From a candidate division WWE3 bacterium CSP1-7 (GTDB lineage Bacteria; Patescibacteriota; WWE3; 9FT-COMBO-53-11), in the NCBI GenBank assembly GCA_001443395.1, contig LDXK01000001.1:1-64000 (forward strand): a DNA stretch of 64,000 bases, read 5' to 3'. Positions 37,916-47,696 of this stretch are shown piece after piece. The translations under genes and the position numbers were made by a program. The first letter of the stretch is position 1; each line of letters opens with the position of its first letter. The notes below the pieces were generated by a model that was not told the DNA's origin, ran no database searches, and saw only the letters and a program-made list of their open reading frames with translations.

Positions 37916-40411
37916 TCAAGAAAGTGCTGGATAATGACACTTTTTCCATTTCTTTCCGGAACCACACCAGCAGGGATCGTTGCGGCCGAGCTTTGCAGCT
38001 TTGGGATTATCGCTTGGGGCCGGTGGCAGGACGCTCGCATCCGTCTCCTGTCCCAGATTCGCGGTGGGATGATGCAGTGCCACCGGCCGCGGCTGCGGCA
38101 GCGAAACCCGCTCCTTCCTCTTGATCTCGATCCGTTCCAACCGCTGGGCAAACGTCGACCAAATTTCGTTGATGAGGCGGTCAAAGAGCAGACGGGCTTC
38201 GTTCTTGTATTCCACCAGCGGGTCGCGGCCGCCGTATCCCCGCAGACCAATTCCCCGCCGCAGCTCATCCAACGTGTCGATGTGCTCGACCCAGAGAATG
38301 TCGAAAGATTGGAGAGCCAGCTGCTGGACAATTTTCAACCAATCCGCCGCGAATTCCTTGTGGTATTTTTCCCAAATCTCTTCGATTTTAGTGGAGTAGA
38401 GGGAAAGCTTGGAGAGCAGGAAAGACGACATTTCCTCTCCCCCACCCAGGATTTTTCTTCTGATGGTATAGGCAATATCCCGGTGTTTGTTGACGACGTC
38501 GTCATACTCGACCAGGTGTTTCCGCAGGTCGAAGTTGTAGCCCTCCACCCGTTTCTGGGCGCTCTCGATCGCGCCGGAGACGATCCGGCTCTCCAGGGGA
38601 ACATCCTCGGCGATACCGAATCGGTCCATCACTCTCTCCACCATCGCTCCGCCGAAAATCCGCATCAGATCATCCTGAAGCGCGACAAAAAAGCGGGATG
38701 ACCCGGGGTCCCCCTGCCGACCGGAACGGCCCCGCAGCTGGTTGTCGATGCGGCGGGATTCGTGCCGCTCGGTCCCGATCACGTGCAAACCGCCCAAATC
38801 GACGATTCCTTTCTCCAGCTTGATGTCCACCCCCCGCCCCGCCATGTTCGTCGCCACCGTCACCGCTCCCCGCTCACCCGCTTTGGCAATGATCTGCGCC
38901 TCCTTCTCATGCTGTTTGGCGTTCAGGAGTTCGTGGGGAATATTTTTGCGCTTGAGGAGTTTAGAGAGAAGCTCGTTCTTCTCGATGGATGTGGTTCCCA
39001 CCAGGACGGGCTGGCCCCGGCGGTGGCATTCGTCAATTTCGTTTGCGACCGCTTGAAACTTGCCGGTGACGGTCTTGTAGACCACGTCGGAATGGTCCTT
39101 CCTGATCATCGGTTCATGGGTCGGAATTACCACCACCTCCAGCTTGTAGATGCGGGAAAACTCTTCCGATTCGGTCGCCGCGGTCCCGGTCATGCCGGCC
39201 AGTTTTTGGTACATCCGAAAGTAGTTCTGAAAAGAGATCGTCGCCATCGTCTTACTCTCTTTTTGGATCGCCACTCCCTCTTTGGCCTCAATCGCCTGGT
39301 GCAGACCTTCGGAGTAGCGCCGGCCCATCATCAGCCGCCCGGTGAATTCGTCGACAATAATCACCTGGCCCTCTTTAACAATGTAGTCTCGATCCTTTTG
39401 GTAGAGAGTGGCGGCCTTGAGCGCCTGTTCGACGTGCCGGACGGTTTCAAAATCCTTCTCATAGAGGTTGGGTATGCCCAGCATTCTTTCCAGCTTCCGC
39501 AGACCAACTTCGGTCAGCGTCACGGAGCGGGATTTCTCGTCCATCGTGTAATCCGTCTTGGACACCAGATCGTTAACCAACTTCGCAAAATCGTAGTAGC
39601 GCTGGGTAGCTTCTTCCTGGGGAGCCGAGATGATCAAGGGAGTACGGGCCTCATCAATCAAAATCGAGTCCACCTCGTCCACAATCGCAAAGTGGTGCGC
39701 CCCCTCCTCCTCTCGGCCATTGACCTGCACGATCTGGGATGGGTCGTAGACCATGTTGTCGCGGAGATAATCGAAACCAAACTCGTTGTTGGTACCGTAG
39801 GTGATGTCGGCTTGATAGGCCTCGCGGCGGGAGACCTCCCGAAGATACTTTCCTTGCCCAAGCTGCATTTCCTCCGGTGTGCTGTCCTCTGCCACTAACT
39901 CCTGACTACTGGCTACTGGCTCAAAAAGATACGCCTTTTCGTGGTTCAAGCAACCCACCGACATCCCGAGCGCGTGAAAGATCGGCCCCATCCATTCGGC
40001 GTCCCGGCGCGCCAGGTAATCATTGACCGTAATCAGATGGACCCCCTGCCTCCCCAACGCATTGAGGTAGAGCGCCAGGGTCGCCGAGAGAGTTTTGCCC
40101 TCTCCGGTTTTTTGCTCAGCGATCTTTCCCTGGTGGAGAATTGCACCAGCGATCAACTGAACATCGTAGGGACGCATTCCAGTGGTTCGGGATGATGCTT
40201 CCCGTACCGCGGCGAAGGCCTCGGGAAGAAGCTGATCAAGAACCTCACCTTTTTCCAAACGCTCGCGAAATCCCACCGTTTTTTCTTTTAGTTTGGCGGG
40301 GGAAAGTTTTTTGAATTCAGGTTCCAGAGAATTTATTTTGACGACCGCCGGCCGGATGCTGCCGATCTCGCGCTCGTTGAAATCAAAGATTTTGGTGATG
40401 AAGGAAAACAT
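37916..40411 (-). CDS. secA: Preprotein translocase SecA
   Basis: TGEGKT, DEVD, QLRGRSGRQGDPG, SEC-C motif GRNDPCWCGSGKKWKKCH. Confidence 0.98.
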   Translation of the reverse strand: MFSFITKIFDFNEREIGSIRPAVVKINSLEPEFKKLSPAKLKEKTVGFRERLEKGEVLDQLLPEAFAAVREASSRTTGMRPYDVQLIAGAILHQGKIAEQKTGEGKTLSATLALYLNALGRQGVHLITVNDYLARRDAEWMGPIFHALGMSVGCLNHEKAYLFEPVASSQELVAEDSTPEEMQLGQGKYLREVSRREAYQADITYGTNNEFGFDYLRDNMVYDPSQIVQVNGREEEGAHHFAIVDEVDSILIDEARTPLIISAPQEEATQRYYDFAKLVNDLVSKTDYTMDEKSRSVTLTEVGLRKLERMLGIPNLYEKDFETVRHVEQALKAATLYQKDRDYIVKEGQVIIVDEFTGRLMMGRRYSEGLHQAIEAKEGVAIQKESKTMATISFQNYFRMYQKLAGMTGTAATESEEFSRIYKLEVVVIPTHEPMIRKDHSDVVYKTVTGKFQAVANEIDECHRRGQPVLVGTTSIEKNELLSKLLKRKNIPHELLNAKQHEKEAQIIAKAGERGAVTVATNMAGRGVDIKLEKGIVDLGGLHVIGTERHESRRIDNQLRGRSGRQGDPGSSRFFVALQDDLMRIFGGAMVERVMDRFGIAEDVPLESRIVSGAIESAQKRVEGYNFDLRKHLVEYDDVVNKHRDIAYTIRRKILGGGEEMSSFLLSKLSLYSTKIEEIWEKYHKEFAADWLKIVQQLALQSFDILWVEHIDTLDELRRGIGLRGYGGRDPLVEYKNEARLLFDRLINEIWSTFAQRLERIEIKRKERVSLPQPRPVALHHPTANLGQETDASVLPPAPSDNPKAAKLGRNDPCWCGSGKKWKKCHYPALS

Positions 40412-40461
40412 CTACCTAAAAGGATACCTCATCTTCTATTTCACGATGTATAATTAGCGCT

Positions 40462-40968
40462 GTGGACACGATCGCCAAGACCAAGGAAATTGAAACTTTT
40501 CACAGCCCGACCTACGGGATCCTCACGATCAATCAGATAATCGCTCGAATTTCCGAATTCGTCCGAGCATTTCCCGACCAAAAGTACCGCATCATTATCG
40601 GCACCGACTCCCAGAGCCATAATGGCACCGGAGTTGATTTCGTCACCGCCCTGGTCGTCCATCGGGTGGGAGGCGGCGGAATTTATTTCTGGAAAGGGTA
40701 CAAAAAAACTCGTCCCTACACCCTCAAGGAGCGGATTTATGAGGAAGCGCTCACATCCCTGGAATTCGCCAATGAATTTATTTTCCATCTCAAGGGAGCG
40801 GAAGAGCTTCTGCAGATCGGACTCGAGATCCACGTGGACATCGGAGAAAACGGCAAAACCAGGGAGATGATCGCCGAAGTTGTCGCAATGATCAAAGGAA
40901 ACGGATACGAAGTTAAGACCAAGCCGGATTCCTTTGGCGCCTCAAAAGTGGCCGACCGCCATACCTAA
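40462..40968 (+). CDS. RNase H-like YkuK family protein
   Basis: IIGTDSQ, RIYEEA..SL, EIHVDIG..G.T, VADRH. Confidence 0.85.
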   Translation: MDTIAKTKEIETFHSPTYGILTINQIIARISEFVRAFPDQKYRIIIGTDSQSHNGTGVDFVTALVVHRVGGGGIYFWKGYKKTRPYTLKERIYEEALTSLEFANEFIFHLKGAEELLQIGLEIHVDIGENGKTREMIAEVVAMIKGNGYEVKTKPDSFGASKVADRHT

Positions 40969-41001
40969 TCGATAGGTCACTTTCCCCGCCGCGATTTTCA
41001 T

Positions 41002-41017
41002 ATATAGTATACTATAT
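41002..41017. promoter_or_regulatory. 16-bp palindrome ATATAGTATACTATAT
   Basis: Same core as 11029, 28104 and 28601; lies between convergent genes. Confidence 0.5.
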
Positions 41018-41035
41018 TAAATTGTGAAATCTCTT

Positions 41036-41809
41036 TCAGACCAACAGAGAAAGTAGGAGGGTCGTTCCTAGCAGGATCCGGTAAACAGCGAAGGGGATGA
41101 GCGAGAAGCGGTTGAGAATACCGAACAAAACCCGGATCGCCAGCAGACCGACAACAAAAGATGTCGCAATCCCGACCGCAAAGCTGGACCAATCGTTTGC
41201 CAAAACTCCCTCTCGATAGACCGAAAAAACCTCCCAAAACCCGGCCGCAAAAACAATCGGCAGAGAGATAATAAAAGAGAAGCGCGCCGCCGCCTCCCGC
41301 TTTATTCCTCTTCCCATCCCGGCGAGGATGGTGATCCCGGAACGAGAGACTCCCGGAATCAGCGCCAGAGCCTGCGCCAGGGCAACCGCAAAAATATCCG
41401 GGACGGTGAGGTTTTCCCTTTTCACGTTCTCCCTCCGATACCACTTCTCCACCACCAGCATCAGGAGAGCAATCAAGACCAGCATCCCCGCTACCAGAAC
41501 CGCGCTCCGAAAATTTTGACTGATGAAATCCTCCCCAAAGAGCCCGATCAGACCGACCGGCACCGAAGCCAGGGCGATCATCGCAATCTTGCGCCACTGC
41601 CGTTCTACCAAAAGTGAAATCCAGTCGCGGGCGAAGAAGACCAGCAGCGCCGCCGCCGTTCCCAGGTGCAGGGCAGCGTCAAAGGAGAGGGGGTGGGGTG
41701 CCCAACCGAAAAGCTGGGGAATGAGGATCAGGTGGCCTGAGGATGAGATCGGCAGGATTTCCGTTAACCCCTGGACAATTCCCAAAACTACCGCTTGATA
41801 AATCGGCAT
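41036..41809 (-). CDS. uppP: Undecaprenyl-diphosphatase
   Basis: QGLTEILPISSSGHL, PGVSRSG. Confidence 0.96.
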   Translation of the reverse strand: MPIYQAVVLGIVQGLTEILPISSSGHLILIPQLFGWAPHPLSFDAALHLGTAAALLVFFARDWISLLVERQWRKIAMIALASVPVGLIGLFGEDFISQNFRSAVLVAGMLVLIALLMLVVEKWYRRENVKRENLTVPDIFAVALAQALALIPGVSRSGITILAGMGRGIKREAAARFSFIISLPIVFAAGFWEVFSVYREGVLANDWSSFAVGIATSFVVGLLAIRVLFGILNRFSLIPFAVYRILLGTTLLLSLLV

Positions 41810-42255
41810 CACCAGACCGGGAAAATCTCGTGAAGGGCCTTAAAAAATCCGGCCACAACCACCCCGACCAAAAGACCTCCCAGGATATCCACCGGATAGT
41901 GCACCCCGACCATTACTCTCCCAAACCCCACCGCCACCGCCAGAAACAGGATAGCCGTCCCGGGTATTTTCTCGGTAAAGAAAACCGCCGAACCCAGGGC
42001 CGCCAGAAGGGTCGTGTGGCCGGAAGGGAAAGAACCGTAGAAATCGCGCTGGGCCACTTCAATCAGAGGTTGAAACCCTTCCGCCACAAACGGCCGGGGG
42101 ACGGAGAGAAAAGTTTTCAGAGCTTCCGAAAGCGCGAAGGCCACCACGACAGTAACCAGAATTCGAACCAGATCGTGCCTCTCCCGCCGCACCCAGAGGT
42201 ACGGGACGGCCAGAAACGCGAGATAGGGAAGATACACGGCTAAAAAAATTGCCAT
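41809..42255 (-). CDS. PAP2-family phosphatase
   Basis: K...PRP, SFPSGH, RVMVGVHYPVD. Confidence 0.92.
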   Translation of the reverse strand: MAIFLAVYLPYLAFLAVPYLWVRRERHDLVRILVTVVVAFALSEALKTFLSVPRPFVAEGFQPLIEVAQRDFYGSFPSGHTTLLAALGSAVFFTEKIPGTAILFLAVAVGFGRVMVGVHYPVDILGGLLVGVVVAGFFKALHEIFPVW

Positions 42256-42256
42256 T

Positions 42257-42931
42257 TCAGCGACAGATAAAGAGAAAATTCCCTCCCATCCCTCCCAAAA
42301 AACCGGGGAGAGGAATTTTCACCACCTCAACCTTAGCAAATACCCGCCCCAGCAACGCGCCAAACTGGGAGTGTGAAAATCCGCCGGCCCGATTGATTAC
42401 TATCAAACCATTCGGGTTTGCAATTCGCCTTAGGTGGCGCAAAAACTGTTCTTCATTGAAATGCAAAGGAAAATTTCCCCCCAGATAGGCGTCCACAAAA
42501 ACCAGATCAAACGGCTCCCCTTGGTGAGAAGAGACGTACTCTCCCCCATCGCCGGTGATGATCTCAAGATTTGGAATCTTGTCCAAGTCGAAAAACTGCC
42601 GGGCAATCTTGAGGATCTCTTCATCGATCTCCACTCCCACCATTTTCAATCCGGGGAATTTTCGCGAGAGAAGATGGAGAATTGTGCCCCCGCCGACCCC
42701 GATCACCACCGCCCGGCCGGGATTGGCAAGACGGGAAGAAACTTCTTCCACTGCCTTGTACCAGTAGCGCTGGGGCAGATCCGGGGTGTTGATCGAAACG
42801 GACTGGGGATAACCCCCAACTTCCAAAACCAAACCGCCATTTTTTTCCCAAACGTTAATTTTCCCGCTGAGGGGAGAGGAAGTCGAGTGGACGACCTTGG
42901 GGTTAGCGCCGAATAATGTTCTTACCGACAT
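42257..42931 (-). CDS. Spermidine-synthase-like SAM-binding protein
   Basis: VIGVGGG, VEID, GDG, DLVFVDAY; start re-assigned to ATG 42931. Confidence 0.82.
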   Translation of the reverse strand: MSVRTLFGANPKVVHSTSSPLSGKINVWEKNGGLVLEVGGYPQSVSINTPDLPQRYWYKAVEEVSSRLANPGRAVVIGVGGGTILHLLSRKFPGLKMVGVEIDEEILKIARQFFDLDKIPNLEIITGDGGEYVSSHQGEPFDLVFVDAYLGGNFPLHFNEEQFLRHLRRIANPNGLIVINRAGGFSHSQFGALLGRVFAKVEVVKIPLPGFLGGMGGNFLFICR

Positions 42932-44141
42932 AGGGAACAAGAACCTTAGGGACTTCGATCGAACCGTCTTCCTGTTGGTAGTTTTCCAGGATGGAGACCA
43001 GAGCTCGCGAAGTCGCAACCGCCGTCCCATTTAAGGTGTGAACAAATTCCGTGGTTCCATCACCTTTGCGGTATTTGATGTTAAGTCGCCTTGCTTGGTA
43101 GTCGGTGGTGTTGGAGGTGGAGGTCACCTCTCCCCATTCTCCTCGACCCGGCATCCAGGATTCCAAATCAAATTTGCGATAAGCCGCCGCTCCTAAGTCG
43201 CTGGCCCGAATATCCACCACCCGGTAGGGTAGCTTCAGACCGCGAAAGATTTTTTCTTCCAATCCCAAAAGATACTCGTGCAGGCGCTCCGAATCCTGGG
43301 GGCGGCAGAAGATAAACATCTCCACCTTCGAAAATTGATGCACTCGGTACAAACCCTTGGAGAATTGGCCGTAACTGCCCGATTCCCGGCGGAAGCAGTG
43401 CGAAAATCCGGCGTATTTCAAAGGAAGGCTCTTCTCCTCCAGGATCTGGCCGGCTTGGTATCCCCCCAGTGTGATCTCGGCAGTGCCGATCAAGCCCAGA
43501 TCTTCTCCTTCGACGTTGTAGATATTGGACTCGGGGCCGCGGGGAACGAAGCCAACCCCGTCGATAATCTCCTCCCGCGCCAGGTCGGGAGTAACAAACG
43601 GCGTGAAATCCTCTTTCAGAAGAAGGTCAAAAGCATATTTGATCAGGGCAAATTCGAGAAGTACCGCCTCGTTCTTGAGGTAGTAGAATTTGGAACCGGC
43701 GACCCGCGCCCCGGCATCAAAATCCACCAGGTCCAACTTTTTGGCCAACTGTTCGTGGTCGAGCGGCTTGAATTTCAGTTTCGCCGGCCGATCGGCGCGG
43801 AGGATTTTGTTGTCCTCCTCCTTAAAACCGCGCGGGGTCTTAGGGTGGATCAGGTTGGGAATCTGTCTGAGAATTTTTTCGAGCTGTTCCTCCAGGTTTT
43901 TTAGCTGGGGCTCGAGATTTTTTAGCTCGGCTTTGATATCGGTCGCCCGTTTGATCACCTCGGCAGACGGCTTCCGGCTGAGCTGGTTTCTCTCGGCGCG
44001 CAGCTCCTCAACCCGGGAGCGGATTTCCGACCGAGCCTTGGCCAGGGCGGGAACGTTAACGACGTCAACCTTCATCCCCCGCTCTTTGATCGTCTTTTTT
44101 ATTTCTTCGAGATTTTCCAAGACAAATTTGGGATCAAGCAT
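42903..44141 (-). CDS. serS: Serine--tRNA ligase
   Basis: GTAE, FRRESG, RVHQFSKVE, HTLNGT. Confidence 0.97.
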   Translation of the reverse strand: MLDPKFVLENLEEIKKTIKERGMKVDVVNVPALAKARSEIRSRVEELRAERNQLSRKPSAEVIKRATDIKAELKNLEPQLKNLEEQLEKILRQIPNLIHPKTPRGFKEEDNKILRADRPAKLKFKPLDHEQLAKKLDLVDFDAGARVAGSKFYYLKNEAVLLEFALIKYAFDLLLKEDFTPFVTPDLAREEIIDGVGFVPRGPESNIYNVEGEDLGLIGTAEITLGGYQAGQILEEKSLPLKYAGFSHCFRRESGSYGQFSKGLYRVHQFSKVEMFIFCRPQDSERLHEYLLGLEEKIFRGLKLPYRVVDIRASDLGAAAYRKFDLESWMPGRGEWGEVTSTSNTTDYQARRLNIKYRKGDGTTEFVHTLNGTAVATSRALVSILENYQQEDGSIEVPKVLVPYVGKNIIRR

Positions 44142-45598
44142 TATTTCTCCGGACGCAGGGTCGGAAACAGGATCGTGTCTTTGAGAGAAGGCTGATTCGT
44201 TAAAACGGCAGTCAGACGGTCAATTCCCAAGCCCCATCCCGCGGTCGGGGGCATTCCGTACTCCAAGGCCCGGATGTAATCTTCGTCCAGGGCTTCGTGC
44301 TCCGCCTTGCCCTTATCGCCCAGTTTCTCTGATTCCTGCCACCGCTCCGCTTGGTCAATTGGGTCGTTGAGCTCGTTGTAGGCGTTGATTAGCTCCTCCC
44401 CTGCCACCAAAAGTTGGAAAGAGGCGGTTTTGCGGGGGTCGGCCGGCAATCGCTTGGCTAAAGAAACAAACTCTGCTGGCCGTTCCGTCAGGAACAGCGG
44501 TCCCTCCAACCCGGGCCGGGTGGTTTGCTTATAGAGGGCGTCCAAAACCGCCCCGTACCCTACCGGCCGCCGCTCTTCCAGGACAATCCCGTGCTCTTTA
44601 ATCGAGCGCTGGAGCTTTTCCTCAGAATCCGCTCGATCGATGTCGATGCCGGTCGCCTTGAGAATTGCCTGCCGATAGGTAATTCGTTTCCAAGGGGGTT
44701 TGAAATTCAGCTTTCGGCCCTGATACTCAAGCACGAGCGAGCCACCAATCTCCTTCAACAGCGAGGCGAACATCTCCTCGGTGAATTCCATCAGCTTCTT
44801 GTAATCCGCATAGGCCCAGTAGAATTCCAGCATGGTGAACTCCGGATTGTGGGAGCGGTCGATTCCTTCGTTCCGAAAATCGTGGCCGATCTCGTAAACC
44901 TTCTCCATCCCTCCCACGATCAACCGCTTGAGGTAGAGCTCGTCGGAGATGCGAAGGTAAAAATCTTTGTTGAGCGCCTCGTGATGGGTCACAAAGGGCC
45001 GGGCGCTCGCCCCGCCGTAGACGGGCTGCAGAACGGGGGTCTCCACCTCCGTAAATTCGTTCCGATCCATGAAAGCCCGCAGCGTCGATACAATCTTGGT
45101 GCGGGTATCAAAAACAGCCCGAACCTCCGGGTTCACCAGAAGGTCGATATAACGCTGGCGGTAGCGCTCTTCGATGTCGGTCAAACCGGATTTCGCCGGA
45201 AGCGAGCGGAGAGATTTTGTTAAAAGAACCAGATCCCCCGCCTCCACCGTCAGTTCCCCGGATTCGGTCTTGAAAGTCTTGCCGATCACTCCAATGAAAT
45301 CTCCGATATCCAAAAGGGCAATGATCTTCAGATTGGCAACGGACAATTTATCCGATCGGAAAAGAATTTGGATTTTTGCGCCCTGGTCCACTAAGTCGGC
45401 GAAGACAATTTTCCCGTGCTCGCGCCAAGCCATAATTCTTCCGGCGGTGACAACCTTTGTCCCCAGTTTTGCCTTTCGCACTTGAGAAATGGGGTGTTGG
45501 CGGTCAAAGAAAGAGAGATAGGGGTCTAAACCCAGAGCGCGGATTTTTTTGAGCTTTTTTAATCTTTCCTTGCGCAACTCTTCCAGCGGCCGCGGCAT
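44141..45598 (-). CDS. lysS: Lysine--tRNA ligase (class II)
   Basis: GGASARPF, FRNEG...HNPEF, YGMPPTAG.G.GIDRL. Confidence 0.97.
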   Translation of the reverse strand: MPRPLEELRKERLKKLKKIRALGLDPYLSFFDRQHPISQVRKAKLGTKVVTAGRIMAWREHGKIVFADLVDQGAKIQILFRSDKLSVANLKIIALLDIGDFIGVIGKTFKTESGELTVEAGDLVLLTKSLRSLPAKSGLTDIEERYRQRYIDLLVNPEVRAVFDTRTKIVSTLRAFMDRNEFTEVETPVLQPVYGGASARPFVTHHEALNKDFYLRISDELYLKRLIVGGMEKVYEIGHDFRNEGIDRSHNPEFTMLEFYWAYADYKKLMEFTEEMFASLLKEIGGSLVLEYQGRKLNFKPPWKRITYRQAILKATGIDIDRADSEEKLQRSIKEHGIVLEERRPVGYGAVLDALYKQTTRPGLEGPLFLTERPAEFVSLAKRLPADPRKTASFQLLVAGEELINAYNELNDPIDQAERWQESEKLGDKGKAEHEALDEDYIRALEYGMPPTAGWGLGIDRLTAVLTNQPSLKDTILFPTLRPEK

Positions 45599-45632
45599 AA
45601 CAAAAGGAATTATAACGGATTACGGAAGAGAA

Positions 45633-46094
45633 TTATTTGATTCCCAAAACGTGATAGGTGAGTTTTCCGGCCGGGGCGTCGATCTCAACCTCTTCGCCCA
45701 CCTTTTTTCCTAAGAGAGCTTGGCCCAGGGGAGATTCGTGGGAAATCTTGCCGTCAACCGGGCTGGCCTCGGGTGCTCCCACGATCTGAAATTCCTGCTC
45801 TTCGCCGTCAATGTGGACCTTAACTCGGGAACCGACCTGGACTATTCCGGCCTTCTCCCCTTCCAACACCTCGACATTTTTGAGCAGTTCATCCAATTCG
45901 GAAATTCGACCTTCCACAAAGGCCTGTTCATCCCGAGCCGCGTCGTAGGCGGCGTTCTCGGTGATATCGCCCAGCTCCCGCGCCTTCTGCAGCTTTTCAG
46001 CCACTTCTTTACGGCGCAAATTGACCAGCTGGTCGTATTCCTCTTTTAAATTTTTGAGACCCTCGCGGGTCAAATAAACCTTTTCTTCTACCAT
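45633..46094 (-). CDS. greA: Transcription elongation factor GreA
   Basis: GDITENAAY, IS.ESPLG.ALLG. Confidence 0.95.
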   Translation of the reverse strand: MVEEKVYLTREGLKNLKEEYDQLVNLRRKEVAEKLQKARELGDITENAAYDAARDEQAFVEGRISELDELLKNVEVLEGEKAGIVQVGSRVKVHIDGEEQEFQIVGAPEASPVDGKISHESPLGQALLGKKVGEEVEIDAPAGKLTYHVLGIK

Positions 46095-46153
46095 CTTAAA
46101 AAAGAAACCCCCTTGTTTGGGGCGTTTCAAACTGACGCTTGAACTCTAACAGA

Positions 46154-46270
46154 CTAGAGGACCAAAGTCAAAGCGAAAATCCCTCCCAGAACCAAGACCA
46201 CGAGAACGAAAGAACAACTCTTCGCAAAGTCGTTGATCATATCGTTGATCGCGTCAGCAAAGTCTTTCAT
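46154..46270 (-). CDS. Small single-TM protein (38 aa), not in ORF track
   Basis: SD GAGGT; MKDFADAINDMINDFAKSCSFVLVVLVLGGIFALTLVL. Confidence 0.55.
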   Translation of the reverse strand: MKDFADAINDMINDFAKSCSFVLVVLVLGGIFALTLVL

Positions 46271-46344
46271 TACCTCGATGATATCAAATAGAACAAGGGT
46301 AACCAAGGTAAAAACCTTTTAAAATGGTTGAATACTACCAACTG

Positions 46345-47382
46345 TTACCAGTTCCCAAGACCTTTTCTCAAAGGACTCATATAGTCAATGACTCCGTACT
46401 CACCGCATGGGTCACTAGCTATCTCTTGGATAATGGCAAATTCGCCCCAAATCTCTTTCCCTATTTCCTTATCGTCAGCTGTATACCAAGTTCCACTATC
46501 CAACACAGCATCAGACGGGGGAGCGATTATCTTTACAAAATCGCTCACTGTACAAGTTGGGTGCGCAGCCGTTCCGGTTGTGGCAGTCCATGTTCCCGAT
46601 TGGCTCGCATTGCTCCATGTACCACCCATTGTTCCATCTGGATCGATAGTACCCAAGGCGTCTACATAGTAGCTAGAACCATCATATGCGACACGGAAGT
46701 CTATTGTATCTCCGGTGACAGTTCCATCTACAATCCACGTAATACTGTAGGGAGAACCTGACGGGTACCCCCCTGTTCCGGTAAAAGTTCCGTCGGTTGC
46801 CGTTACCGTCATGTCATGAGCATACAGGCTTCCCAGGTAGTTGAACGAAAGTACATAACTTCCTGTGATGTTCCATTCGCTTCCTGTATAGGTTCCCGTC
46901 GCATGATTTGTTAACCACGCTCCGCTTCCTTTGTATGGGGTTGAACGATCCAGCGCACCATCCTCGTTGCAATCCTTGTTGGCTAACCAGGCATCGTTCC
47001 ATTTCATCTGCAACTGGACATTCCTAAACGGCCATACCCAATGACTTGCCGCACTTGAATTTTCTGCCAAGTATGTAGCGTCGTCACCAGTGTACGGGGG
47101 AAGAGCTGACCCGGGTCGTCCCAGATATGCGTTCGCATAACTACCGTTGAATATGTGGGCTTGGTAGTTATATCCAAAAACGTCGTATCCAGTGGTGTAA
47201 TTTATTTCATCCAAGAAGTGTCCCGTTGGATAAGGTATATTGCCATCCACAACATAACGACAATTATCAATGGTTTTTGCCGCGAGAGACGGTTTGGTTC
47301 CGGTAAGAGCGAAGAGACCAAGCGTCAGGGTTAGAAGAGCACTGAACCCAACCGCTAGCGCCAAAAATTTCTTAATATTCAT
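46345..47382 (-). CDS. Secreted/surface hypothetical protein
   Basis: SD AGGAG; signal peptide MNIKKFLAL; T/G/Y/W-rich. Confidence 0.8.
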   Translation of the reverse strand: MNIKKFLALAVGFSALLTLTLGLFALTGTKPSLAAKTIDNCRYVVDGNIPYPTGHFLDEINYTTGYDVFGYNYQAHIFNGSYANAYLGRPGSALPPYTGDDATYLAENSSAASHWVWPFRNVQLQMKWNDAWLANKDCNEDGALDRSTPYKGSGAWLTNHATGTYTGSEWNITGSYVLSFNYLGSLYAHDMTVTATDGTFTGTGGYPSGSPYSITWIVDGTVTGDTIDFRVAYDGSSYYVDALGTIDPDGTMGGTWSNASQSGTWTATTGTAAHPTCTVSDFVKIIAPPSDAVLDSGTWYTADDKEIGKEIWGEFAIIQEIASDPCGEYGVIDYMSPLRKGLGNW

Positions 47383-47540
47383 TTGTTTCTCACCCCCTCT
47401 CCTTTGATAAACCAAAAACTCGAATAAAAAATCCGCTCGAGAGCGGATGATAGATTCCCTATGGTGGGCGTGAAGCGATTTTCGTCTTGCTTCATCAGTT
47501 GGATAGTACAACAAATTCTCTTAAGTTATCAAAGTGTTGC

Positions 47541-47615
47541 TGGTGGCCCCAAGGGGAGTCGAACCCCTCTTTTAGCGTTGAGAACGCCATGTCCTAACCA
47601 CTAGACGATGGGGCC
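47541..47615 (-). tRNA. tRNA-Glu (CTC)
   Basis: GGCCCCA/TGGGGCC acceptor stem, anticodon loop TT-CTC-AA, GGTTCGACTCC, encoded CCA. Confidence 0.95.
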
Positions 47616-47696
47616 GGAACAGTCCAATTATAAGCAGAGCTTGTAATTGCTAGCGATTCCGATCGCTTCTCAATTATAACCTACGGGAAAGATAAA

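Noticed and set aside
47480-47498. Hammerhead-like CUGAUGA...CGAAA on the minus strand
   Set aside because: Stem II cannot form, and the bases pair better as TGAAGC/GCTTCA.
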